Notes: generated from the sequence alone by a model not told the origin. Positions 24,707 through 37,400 are shown, numbered from the stretch's first letter. The stretch is 45,081 nucleotides of DNA from Trypethelium eluteriae (GCA_051942245.1 JAVECL010000137.1:1-45081), one strand, 5' to 3'. Numbers and translations are program-made.

Positions 24707-26466
24707 ATGGGCTTCCTTCAGACTTTCGTTCGCAATGATGCGATGAAGACGGACCCGCCAGAGATCTACAACTGGCGGGTCTTCTTGCTTGCTTGTGCAG
24801 TAAGTACTGAACTTTTTTTTCCCGAAAAAAATCAGCTTGCTAATTGAGGCAGTCATGTTTTGGAGGCACTCTGTTCGGCATGGACATTGGCATTATCAGC
24901 GGAGTCATCACGATGAAGACTTTTGAAGAGTGCGGACTCTCTACGAACCCTTGAACGCGCTTACTGACGATACCTTAGCGCTTTTGGATACTCCAAGCTC
25001 GGCGACGCAAAAGCTGTCAAATTGGCTGATGCAAATCTGTCTGCCAATATCGTCAGTGTCATGCAGGCGGGAGCGTTTGCCGGCGCGCTCGCCGCGAACC
25101 CAATCGCCGACAAGTGGGGGAGAAAACCTGGTCTCCTCGTTGCAGCCGTGTTGGCGGGCATTGGAGGAATGATGCAGGCTGCCTCGAGCGGAAACCTCGG
25201 CGCCCTTTATACTGGTCGACTGATAGAAGGTCTTGGTCTTGGTGCAGCAACGATGCTAACACCAACCTACATTTCGGAAAATGCGCCACGAGCTGTTCGG
25301 GGAATGCTGGTTGGTCTGTATCAACTGTTTGAGACAATGGGTGCGATGCTTGCATTTTGGATCAATTGTATGAGATACAGAACGTTTGGTACATTTTTTT
25401 TCAGGTCGATTAACAGATGGCAGATGGCGCACTTCTCAATCAAAGCGGCAACGGGCAATGGCAAGTACCACTGGCGATGCAGTGCTTACCAGCTGTTCTC
25501 TTGTTTGGTGGAATGCTTTTCTGCAACGAGTCTCCGCGGTGGCTGGCAAGGACGGATCAGTGGGAGAAATCGACAGAGGTCCTTTCGCACGTTCGTAAAC
25601 TCCCCGCAGACCACCCGTACGTACAGGCCGAGATCGTCGAGATGCGCCGGCAACTAGCGGAGGAGCTTGCAAGTGTAAACGGGGGCACCTCCTGGTGGTC
25701 TCTCCAAAAGGAAATGTGGACAGTGGCTGGAAATCGAAAGCGCGCGGCAATCTCAATCTTCCTCATGATCTGTCAGCAGATGACAGGGACCAACGCTGTC
25801 AACTACTATGCCCCGACCATATTCACCGATCTCGGCGTGACCGGAAATGCCAACAGTCTCTTTGCTACGGGAGTTTATGGTATCGTCAAGATGGTGTCCT
25901 GCGGCTTGTTTCTCCTCTTCCTCGCAGACACACTCGGTCGTAAGAAGAGTTTCCTCTGGACTGGTATCGCCATGGGAATTGCCATGTTCTATCTTGGCTT
26001 CTACGTTCGTTTCGATCCGCCTAAGGCAGGCGCCAGCGTCCCGCCCGCAGGCTACGTGGCTCTTGTGATGGTGTACCTGTTTGCAGCTTTCTTCCAATTC
26101 GGTTGGGGACCCGTATGCTGGATTTATGTCTCGGAGATCCCGACTGCTCGCCTTCGAAGCCTTAATGTCAGTCTTGCTGCGGCTACGCAATGGGCCTTCA
26201 ATCTTGTAGTAGCTCGATCGACGCCAGTGATGCTCGAAACGGTTGGGTCGAATGGATATGGAACCTATTTTATTTTTGGGTCCTTCTGCTTCGGCATGGT
26301 GGTGTTCGCGCTCTTTTTCGTTCCGGAGACGAAGGGCATCAGTTTGGAACGGATGGACGAGCTGTTTGGTGTCGCTAATTTCGAGGATATTGAGGATGTT
26401 GGTACTGCAGCTCGGCGTGCTTCGTTGGACGAGAAGGAGGCAGATGTCCACGTTGAGAGAGTTTAG
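24707..26466 (+). CDS. MFS sugar-porter family transporter, quinate permease-like; introns at 24800-24852, ~24930-24978, 25368-25423
   Basis: [81 protein letters not shown]. Confidence 0.92.
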
Positions 26467-27019
26467 GTTTATTTCCATTTAAAGCGTAACCCGGACTAAC
26501 GTCCACCTGCACACAGACATCCCCGTTAGCTTTACGAAAATGATATCAAACAATATCACGTCGAAATTATTTTGCATTGTCTGGCCTTGAATGAGAATCA
26601 GGTGTTGGGCTCATCTGAGGACTTGAACTACGAAAGCCTATCCCATGATCGTATCAGCCTCTAAAGTTTTCGAGGATCGCTTCAAAATGCTGGTTTGGGC
26701 GGTCGAAGCAAGCATCAGTAAGTCAAGGGCGGAGCAGAGATGTGATCATAGGTACAAGTATTGATACGGGTAAGGTTGCTATCTATGATAGGTGCTGGCA
26801 GTTCGCAATATATGCAGCGCCTTAAAATGCACGAAGAAAGGAGTTCCGGATTCTGGTACCCGCCCAAAACTCATAAAAACATTACGACACGCTAGCACAG
26901 AACGAAGTGATCCGTGAGCAACCGCGAGTCATTACTGTCCGATGCGGCTGTCATTGATCCCGCCATATGGCGGCTGACAGCAAGTGACCTCAACACTCTT
27001 CCTCGTTTGAAACTTTTGC

Positions 27020-29468
27020 CTATAGCTTTGCCTCGCGGGCTCCCCTGGCCTTTCTCCGAGTATGTGCATCTTCAAGGCATTCTATCACCACAGGTAAATG
27101 TGAACCGCGTTGCAGTGCGCCATAGATCCTGCTAATGTAAGTGCCCAGTGTGTCACCTCTCTTTCCACCCATGAAAACTGATTCTCGAGAACGGCCAGGC
27201 AACTGCTGCTTGCGCAGGAATGGAACTTGCTGAGCTTCGCGCACAAATGAGTACATGGCTTTGGACGCAAACCCGAGGTATGGAAGAGTATGAGATGCTG
27301 AATGTTGGTCAAGGGTCGTTGCGTAGAGTGATTGCGCTGAAGCTGCCAGTCGCGACGTCCACTGATCAAGCTCTTGGTAGAGCTGTGCCAGGCCTTCATA
27401 GTGGTGAGTTGGTACAAGACCACGAGCAGATCCGCACAAGGATACCATGATGGACTGGAAGCGTTCTGACGAATCCAGACTTGCGGATCCGCTAAATTTC
27501 GACAAGAAACCGATCCACAGTCGAATCCTTGCATCCTTTTGAACCTCTGAGCCTCCCTCCAGCCACTTGTTCGTCCATTTCTCTGTCTCGCGATCAAAAG
27601 TACCGGCGAATGAGTCCAAGAAATCGCGCTGAATTGCTCTGAGATCCAGAGCCTGACACACAGCTACCAGCATCGTTGATGTTAGATGCGTGAAAATGTC
27701 CAGCGCAGTCTGTGTATATCGAGCCGAGATCAGTGCCAACGAATTCAGACTCTGATTACTTTGCTCTGCGTTCATAACGAACGGGGTGACGCCATGCGAC
27801 AAGAATGCTAGCTCGGAGGTATACGACGCGGCGGCAACATCCATCCCTTTCATCAGAAAGTCGCAGCTCGGCTCATCGGCTGTGAGATTGGGTGGTAAGC
27901 CGTTGCTCGTCGGTGGATTCATCATTTCCGTGAGTTGATGGAACAGCATCCGACCACCCATTTGCAGGCTATTCCGTGTCGTATCCATTGCCGACGTAAT
28001 AGTCGTTGCTTGAAAGTTGCCTCCCTGCATCACCCGCCCGTCTGGAGCCATGAGTGGGTTGTCCGTGATTGAATTGCATTCGGTCACAACCTGTTCATGA
28101 GCGAGAACTAACTTTTCAATCTCTGGTCCAAGCCATTGAGGTACAGTGCGCAACGAGTATCGGTCCTGTGGCAGGTTACTGTCGGAACTACCAATCTCCT
28201 CTCGTACGAGTTGCGACTTCCAAAGGAAGGAACTAATATTTTGTGCAATCTCCTCCTGACCTGGATGCGGTCGTACTTGAGCAAAGTACGGATCGAAGCT
28301 TTCTCTGGTCCCATGCAAGGCCTCGACGGCCATTGCTGTTAGCATCTGGGCCAGCACAATACTCAAATGGACATCGTGTAGTATGAGAGCTGCTGCGCCG
28401 GCAGAGAATGCTGTTCCATTGACAAGTGCGAGGGCTTCCTTCGGCGCAAATTCTATCGGCGAAATGCCCGCCTCCTCAAGGGCTACGTCTGCTCCAACTA
28501 GCTTCTTGGTCCCATTTGATTGGATCGACACTCTGATTGCCGGGCTGCCCTGAAGCAAATTTGCGACATATGACAGCGGTATCAGATCACCAGATGCAGA
28601 TATGCTCCCGCGTAGAGGAACCTCTGGTATGATGTTTTGCTCCAGAAGTTTCACGAGATTGGTGAGCAGTTTGACGCGCACCCCAGAGATGCCATGAGAT
28701 AGGGAATTGGCGCGAACTAGCATTGCGGATCTTACCCAAGTCAGCGGCATTACAGTTGTTACCCCCAGGGCAGCATCGCTCAGCCTTGATCGAGCCAGCG
28801 CTGGCAATCTATCTATCAGCATAGATCTTCCATTGCTAGCGGTTGAACTAGATGCCGGGACACTGCCTTGTCCTCCGGACAATTCATCATTCTGTGCATC
28901 TGTATCTGCCAATATTCCACAGTTCAAAAGGCGCATGATAGCTTGCTGAAGTCCATCAACTTCGCTGGTTCTCGTGTTTGCACTTCCGCCTATCCCTGTG
29001 TTAACTCCTGTGTTCGTCAATTAGTGGAAAATGTTTCAGTCAAGATCGAACCACCTTAGCCTGTCGTTAATAGTGATTGTGGTCAGTACCATATATTGTA
29101 TTCCCAGCTTCCAGGTTATCAGTCACATCTTGCGCACTCTGGCTGACTCGAGAAAGGCATGCTTGCGATACGCTTGTTTTCCCTCCGTATCTATGTAGCC
29201 AAATAGTAAGTACGAACAAGTCCTCACTAGTGGCAGTGCAATGTTGAAGAGTAGTTATACAGGAAAGGCAAAAGTTATCTGGGACGTAACAGGATGAAAC
29301 TGATGGCCTGGACAATAACCATTAGGGCACACTAACTCACCGTGCCACAAAAACAATTTGTGCAAGTTTCAAAGATCTCCCGTCAATGAGCACAGGCGCT
29401 TCCTTCGATGAGGAGATGAGGTCAACTAGAGACTTCCAGTTCAGAAGTATTAGATCAGTGTGAGCCAT
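27020..29468 (-). CDS. PAL: Phenylalanine ammonia-lyase (MIO-dependent aromatic amino acid lyase); exons 29468-29341, 29190-29090, 29007-27020 (738 aa)
   Basis: IYGVNTG after splicing, MLVRANSL, PLRGSISASGDL (ASG MIO triad), KEALALVNGT, RPHPGQ, QDRYSLR, TDNP, GGNFQA, NGLPPNL, NSLALISARYT. Confidence 0.93.
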
Positions 29469-30006
29469 GCTTGGCTTGAGATTCGTTCAATGATTAGAGA
29501 AGCGAAGGCTCAGAGATCAGGGCCTCCGCAGAAACATGTCAATGAGAACCTACTGAAGGGCTTAGAAGTGTACTAACAGCTGTGCCAGACTCCCATTGTT
29601 GATGCTCTGACGTGTACCTCTCGGCAGCATGCAGGATACCCCCTCAGTGGCGAATAGGAGACATGCGATTCTCGATTTCGGACAGTACTTTAGCGGCTAA
29701 TTGACTAGCTTACCGAAGCAAAAGCTCGAACAATCAAGATAACTTTATTCCCGAGACGTCCGAAACATCTTATCGATCATTTACATTCCACGAGGTACGC
29801 CTACAACATATGAGATATCTAAGAAGTCTGAAAATACCATTCAAATCTCAGACCAAGAAGAAGGAGAGAGTATTTTAAGACATCAATTCATTCATTTTCA
29901 TTCAACTTCATTCACTCTGACCTCAATCAGGTCAGGTGCATCCGAGATTGCTACGCCTTGTAAGTCCACAGAAACTATCCTGAGGCTTCGGCTCTAGCTC
30001 CATCAG

Positions 30007-31326
30007 CTAGTACTTGTAGCAGAATTGACCACCCTGAGTCTCCATGACGTTCTGGACCATCAAATTTCTGGACAAGCCGTCCATATCGAGGGGGTCAGAG
30101 AGTTGCGCTGGCTCCATGGAGTTACCATTGGCCTTGCCGTTGTAGGCATTCAACCTCTTGGCAGGGTCAGTCTGTTGCCACTGAGACCACAGCCTGTCAA
30201 GGTTGGTGTGGTGAAGGAAGAAAACTGGGTCTGGCAACTTGTGCGTCAGCGGAGGATTGCGCAGTAAACGGGGGTAAAGGTGAGCTTACCATTGGGCCCA
30301 GTAAATTTGCTGAGGTCACCACGGACACTGTGGCTCAAGAACTTGTGACCACGTCGTTCAACCTCGCTGGCGAACTTATCAAAGTCTGGCTCAGTCATCA
30401 GGTCCTCAATGACTTCAGGCTTGATCAATTCTCCAAGTTCTTTGAGTTCGCCGTCACTTGGGAAGCCACGAGAGAGACAGTGAGGATGTTCTTCACCATC
30501 AAAATACCTCACTTTGATGCTAGAGAATGGCCCCTTGGTGACGCAGCGACCCTCTCCAACGGTCATAGCACCAGAAGCATCGCCATCACCACCGAGACCG
30601 GAGACAGAGTCCCATACAGGGGCAGCGTGGAAATTATTCCAGTCAAGAGACCAGTCCCAGTACCTGGATTTTACATCAGCAAACTGCACTAGGAATGTTG
30701 GAATTTCCAGAATCTTCCACTTACGGGAGGTCACCAGTGAAAGAGCAATCCTCCTTGAGAGCCTTCTCGTAGAGGTGGATGTAGTAACGGTGCCACGGAA
30801 GGAAAGGTGCGGATTTGTGAGCTAAGTTCCGAATTAGCATCAATCATTCACGGAAGCAGAACACAGTAGAATACGTACTGTAGGTAGAAGCACGCTTATG
30901 AACCCATGGGAAGTCATCATACAAAGTGCCGTTGTTGCGGAGCTTGGAAGGCTTCGTGGCAAGGCACTGGACCGCGTTGATGTAGTCGTTCTTCTCAGGC
31001 TCGCTAAGAGTTCGCCATTCACGGCGAGTGCTTGGCTGCTGGCAGACCCATGAAGCTTGACTGGAAGACGGGGCGCTGTAGGAAGTGGAGACAATAACAG
31101 GAGCGGGAGCAGTGGTGTGCTGCCACTGAAGCATGTTACCGAAGAAAAGAATCCATGTCGAGACAATAGATGAGAGGACAAGGAGAGTGAGGACTAGGGC
31201 AGAGCAAATGCCAGCCTTGATGGTAATGACGCTGGAATCAGCACGACCTCCAAGCTTCAATTCTCCTTCATACTCGCCATCCTCAACAGAGGTATAGCCA
31301 GGCTTAGTTCGGAAGACAGACAACAT
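30007..31326 (-). CDS. Tyrosinase with N-terminal membrane anchor (UstQ/PhomQ-like); exons 31326-30879, 30821-30725, 30663-30290, 30230-30007 (380 aa)
   Basis: TM segment, then CQQPSTRREWRTL, YDDFPWVH...THKSAPFLPWHRYY (CuA), PYWDW, CVTKGPF, HCLSR, PNDPVFFLHHTNLDRLW (CuB), CYKY end. All three introns are canonical. Confidence 0.92.
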
Positions 31327-32749
31327 CCTCAATGATAGGTAATGATGTAGTTGGGGAAACTGAATCGCCCAAAGCCCGGGGCTCTTGATTCTTTTATATA
31401 CAATGCGGCCAGGAAGGTCCGCAGTCCGTTACGCACTCCTGCATGTTCTTTACAGTAACTGGCTGCAATGATATGCGACATAAAGCCAATAAGTGCGCCA
31501 ACTTCAACCATAGTCTCAAGTTGCCCCTCACTCACCCTTGAACTAAGCAACCTTCTCTGAGACAGGTGTAAATGCCCGGCATGTGGCGGCTTTCTTGATA
31601 TTCAGAGGCACAGTAAACTGGTGTCTCAGCCAACCCAGAACCTTAATCTCATCTGAACATAGTTACAATGTTAGAGGTCGCCATGTCATCGTGCTAGATG
31701 GCGGCTTCCTTCCCATTGGAGGGCCGCCTGCAGGGCCTGTATCCTAGAGCCGGAAGGGAAGGTACAAGAGATTAGACGCAGCGGAGGATGATGGCGACGA
31801 CCCGGGATGCTGCCGCTGTGTTATCATGCGCAAGAAACTGTGCCTCTGCCATGGGTGGGATCGACGCACACGAGGTTTTTTGTGCTGCAGTATTACTTCA
31901 GGTATTGCAATGGTGCAGGTGGCCATCCTGCTCGGAGCGGAAAAGCGAACCGGACCCGAGGAAAGAGACAACGACGGGAAGGCCCGCATCTAGACGAACT
32001 TCCTAGCAGCAGGTCCACGAGTCAAGCAGCACTCTCCACGGGTGAATACCGTTGACGTGTTCCCACCCGCCCCCGCACTGGTTCCATGCATCCGTCTACC
32101 TGTCTCCGCGAGCATGTACGTGATGGGGTGATGTCTGCTCGTTTGCTCGTTTGCTCGGCGCTCACGTGTCGATCGGAGTGATCACTGCTGGGTTGGCTAG
32201 GGTTGACCGTCACTGGCGGTGTCAGGCAGTCAGGGCACAGGAAACGTGCCACCGCAGATCAGCACGGTGGCTTCACGGCGCGTAGGTCGATCCCAACACA
32301 CGTCACTTACCAAGAGACCGGGAAAAACTCCCAACTCCTGCACGTATTATGTGCCGATATGCAAGAATCGCTCAAGACTGTTGGCGCCGCATAAGCTGGA
32401 GGTGCGGTGTCCGGTCCCCGGTCGTTCGATAGCGCGGCAATTGTGCTGACATCGCCAGTTACTCTCCACCGGAACCAGCCATCAGACGCTGTAAGCGCAC
32501 AGAAGGAAGCGGAAGTAAGCGATGCTACCAGTCGGATGCCTACCGTCAGCAGTCACGAGTGTACCACGACAACTCACAAAGTCGCACACGCAGGCATGGA
32601 ACGGATTGCGGCGAAGACATAAGACACGCACGGTATTCACCGGTGGCGTTACACGGTACTCTGCGCTACGATGGGGAACCTCGATCGGGGTGCTAACTAT
32701 CGATGCGTGGCGCTGACTCTAGAAAGCACCTCTCGTTGCTCTAATGTCA

Positions 32750-34429
32750 TTAGCGACGCGCCGAGCCCTTGTAGATCTCATCCAATTCAGAGCTGTACAG
32801 TTGCACGGTCTTCTTGCGCTGTACCGATCCTTTCCCTGCCCTCGCCATGGGCTTTTCTGGGCCTGTAAAAAGCACCGAATCCTTATCAATGCGTGCATAA
32901 GGAGACTCAGAAGAGTTTGCTCGCTCTATAGCGGGCCAGATTTCCATCACGAGCGCCGACCTTTCCTCTGCCGTTTTTGGTGGTGCTTTAGCTTCGATCA
33001 GGACTGTATAGTGAGGTCGACCAGTTCCACATATCAAAGCAGATTTGATTAGTGGGTGAGCATTAAGAATCCCTTCCATTCTTCCGGGATTCAGGACGAA
33101 TCCGTTGGTTATGATGACCTTATCATCTGATCGACCCTCATACAGCCACAGTCCTTCCTTCGTCGGATGCTTCGAATACAAGTCCTTTGATTCGTACGCT
33201 TCGATGGTAGGAAATGTAGCAAAGATACCCTGGAAGTCCTGTAGCTTTTCCTGACGTACAAACACAAGCTCAAATAGGCCGCTGGAGAAGGGACGCAGCT
33301 CACAGCCCATGACCGGGCTAAAGCTAGCGTATTCCCAATCCACACTATCGATCCTCTCAAGGGCGTATATTCCGATTTCAGTCGTTCCAAAAGTTACAAA
33401 AAGGTCTACGTAGTCTTTCAAGACGTCCCCAATCTCCCCCGGTAGTGGAGCACCGCCAAAGGTAAGATACTTGAGCCGTTTCATATTATCCAAGTATTCC
33501 GGATTGCGACTTAATTCAATTATGGTGCTTGGAATTAGCAAGCTGCCCTGCACTCTCGCATGAATATGAGCCTTGTTGACAGTCTCTGCTGAGGGCAGGA
33601 ATGATGCAGAAAATACTGGTGTAGCCCCAGAGTAGATGGAGAATGCCAGTATGCATATAGCTGCACTATGAAACATGGGCAATCCGAAGAAGAACCGTTC
33701 GCCAATGAATCGCGTGATAGATATCGGCTTCCCTCCAAGTTTGGGAATTTCGACAAAAAGGTCGGAATGGGCAAGGGTCCCGTGATTGAGCACAATTGGC
33801 TTGGGTAGCCCAGTGGATCCAGAGGTATGTAGAGCCACGAATGGTTCATACCTCGCTTGGTCAAAACTCTTAGTGTACGGATACAGCGGGACCTCAGCTT
33901 CTCTCATAATATCGTCGATGGAAGAGACAGTCAAAGCGGTCATGTTCTTCTTAGACACTATATCCCTAACATGAGGCGACTCGTTCACTGAAGTCAGTAA
34001 TACGTTACACTGCAGCTCGTTGAGCAACGACAGGTGGCTTTCCACGTTATTGCTTGGAGAATTAAGAAATAGCTAAGCAGTCTGGTCAATGCCCTTTGTA
34101 GAGCTTTTCTGGGAAATACACGATACCTTGTAGCCCGTCTTAATCGCAGCGAATATCAAAACGATGTATGTCTGATCCGTGGGACCTACGTAAGTTAAAG
34201 TTTCAAAGCTATTGCTACGACCCAATTTTTCTTCGATCCACCATGAAAAGCGATTGATAATGTCTGCAAGTTCTTTGAATGTGATATCACGAAAGCCATC
34301 TTCAGGATTTAAGGTCAAGGGATACGAAAAAGCAATTCGAGATGGATCGCTGAATGCTATCTCATCAATGAGGGACGGTAGGAGCCGAGGAGCTCGATTT
34401 GAAGATATCGGGCGTATCGTTGCAGCCAT
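32750..34429 (-). CDS. Stand-alone adenylation (ANL superfamily) enzyme related to the A domain of fungal NRPS-like A-T-R reductases; exons 34429-34127, 34072-32750 (541 aa)
   Basis: LHTSGSTGLPKPI (A3), LPMFH, FGGAPL, FGTTE (A5), SKDLYSKHP, GRSDD, RAGKGSVQRK (A10 Lys); followed by a TAA TGA double stop. Confidence 0.9.
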
Positions 34430-37400
34430 GTCTCTGGATGTTAGTTAGCTATGACTAATCAGATCTATTCTAGGTGACTGAAAGAAGTTCTGGCGCCGTG
34501 GATATCACATGGCTCTCTGGCAACGGTTGTTGGTCCAGAAGTCATTAGTCACGCCCCAAAATACGGTGGAAAAGCCGCCTGTCAGGTTCGGTAACGCAGT
34601 TCAGCATGCATATTTTACACTCTGATTTTCTCCAATCATTCTTATCATATCGCCCTGATGATCAAAAAAGAGTTCAAGAGATTGGGGTACACACCAAGCG
34701 TTTGCACTAGCTGAGTAGCCTTTGCGTCTTCGAGCAGCTAATACATGTATAGTCCTGAGATTTATGGAAGACTAAATGCTCCGATGGCTGGGACGCACCC
34801 CTCTTCCCATGCGGGCTGTGCCGCAAGTGTCTCCATTGCCATCGGTGCTTGATTATTACCCGCTGTGAGCTCTCGAGTAAGATTGGCGATGAGTCAAGCC
34901 TACTCCGTATAGTCGCATTAGTGCAAAATGGGTGCTTCCGAGGAGTCCGAGCAACCCTGGTATCTACTCTACCTCACATCGACTAATTTTGAGGCGCCGT
35001 CCGTGCAAACTTAACATCATGAGGGTGACGTTTTTCATCTCGCCGCTTGCCACTATGGAGGTGGGGCTGTTGTCTTCACCAATTTATGCAGGATGCAAGC
35101 ACCTAGTTTTGTCGCGAAGACAAGAGAAAAAAGCCCCTGCGAGGTGAGGGCTGCAATGGACTGTCGTAGCGTCTCGACAGTTCGCAGAAATCTCCGCAGC
35201 AGGATGTACGTCAACTTGGCAATGCTTCAAAAATGACACGAACTCTTTGACACGTCGACTAGCATCTTATATGGAGACCCACGATGCTTGGATTTTACAG
35301 AGATGATGCTCAAAAGTGGATTCGCCTCGGCGCTTTGGGGCCTAGCGAGTTCACGAACAAGCACGTTAAGAGGAGTTGCATTTCTAAAACCAGGCCGAGT
35401 ATTTTCTGCAAGCACTACAAGGTCCTCCACGTTAAACCCTGGAAAACAAATGCATGTGTGGGTTCCGCGCCGTTTCCCATAATCCTAGATTAGTTGGACT
35501 TCGGGCCTGCCCGCGTGGACTCCGTCCGGTAGGCAGTGGATCTTTTACATACGTGCGGGGATCTCTACCTGGAAATAGCACCCGAGTCAGTGGCATCAAT
35601 TATAGTGCTTGCAGGTAATGCATGCAACTCATTGCATACAATACCTAATGCAAGAGACCCAGCACGCTACCGTCACCCGAACCCGGAATGATGTTGCATC
35701 AATCCTGGAAAACAACAAGTGGAAAACGACCTGCAGATGATGTATTGATATTCATGTTTGTGGTTAGGTACATTTTTCGCTTGGTCCCAGCTTCTCAGCA
35801 TTGATCGCCTGAGATCCATTCAACTGGTATGCTAAGCGTTGCCAGCTTCCAGCTGTCCCTAGGGGGGGCTTTGGTGGGAGTCTCATCGATTGATGACACT
35901 ACCTAATATTCTTAACAGCCTCGTCAAAACTTGAACCTTTCACCAATTCTATTTCTATGCGCTGTTTCAGATCATCGATTAAACTTTGAATGGCTGGAAG
36001 CAGGAGCGCAGATTTTATCGTTCAGGAAACAATCCTGGTGCATGTTCTTTTGAATTCAGGGTTTATATTCACAAGTGCCGAACATCATCAATCCTTGCTG
36101 TTGTTCACGACCTAGCATTGATGCAGCGCCATACGCGTCTCCTGCCACATTAAATGGCTTTGATCCCTAACTTAGTATTGAGAGAAAAAATCTAGAAGGC
36201 GAAAAAGAAATCTCATCCCCTTACGTGTCACAGGAAACGAGAGGTAGCTATCAATGAATTTGATCAGCTCTTGGACTGGTCAGGATTTCATTGCGTCATA
36301 CCAGTGCATTGTTCTCGGGTTGGACACCTCATATCCTGCCCTACTTACGATTTCCTTGACCTGAAGTGATCTGGCACAGGATTAGCCAGCAACTTTCGCT
36401 GTGAGTATCGATTGATTTTTGCTGTCTATTGCAATCTTAGTAGTGCATTTCCACTCTCGGTTTGAAATAGGATTTTCCGGGATAGATCATTTCTGGACCG
36501 ATCATTTTGATTGATCGTGCTCTAATCCCACCATATCTGTTAAAGAGGACCGAGGATAGTACTGAACAATGTGTCAGCCAGTCTTGACTCTGAACTTGGT
36601 TTCTTCCTTTGGTGGAATGGATTCCCTCATCTTCAGAACGCTAGTAGTTGCCGAACTCCTCAAGGAGCAGGGTAGCATCTGGTCAGTGAAGAGTGCTTGC
36701 CTTTACTGTTGAGAGGAACATGGACAAAGTGTCCACAGGATCTTATCCACAGGACTCAACTCAAAGTTAGCCATTTCAATATCTTCATGTGTATGCATCC
36801 GAGTCGATAACCAAAGAAAATCCGGCAGTTTCCAAATTGCAAATCATCTCAATTATCCACATCCGCAACGAGACCCAGTTTCATTGCCGACTGTGATTCA
36901 TCCCTATGCCCAGCAAAGCGTTTTCTCAGATCAGGCTCAGTCTCGGAGAATTGCGCTTGCGAATTTTTGAAGTACACGCAAGCGCTTCGTCAAGAAGGCT
37001 GGATTTTCTGAGTGCTCATATTTTCAGGAGCCGCACGTCGTCTCGATTAGACGGGCAATGGAATTGCACGTCAATTACCAGAGGGTGGATTACAGATCAT
37101 AGAGTCCCCATCAGAGATTCAGCTAAGTTGCGATGGCGCCTCTTATAATGGAAGACTAGACGATAGAAGGGCTAAGGTACAGTGTTGATGTGCTGGTCTC
37201 ACGCCTATGTTCAAGGTCTTTGAAGGAGCCACACCTGCCAATGTATTGTCATTTGCCACCAATTTCGCCTACTTTGGAGCACGGTGCCTCCGATCCGGTC
37301 TGTCAACCGTCATCGTCTTCCATCTATCCGGGTTGGCAAGCTTCCCAGCGTGTCCGAACTCCTAAATATGTGGGCTTGAAGTCGAGTCCTGGATAAATCG

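Noticed and set aside
25753..26478. 241-aa antisense ORF over the sugar transporter
   Set aside because: Fully overlaps a well-supported gene and has no recognisable domain.
29620..34612. CAGCATGCA shared upstream of PAL and the A-domain gene as a cluster motif
   Set aside because: Short, only partly matched at the tyrosinase, and GCATGC is frequent across the window.
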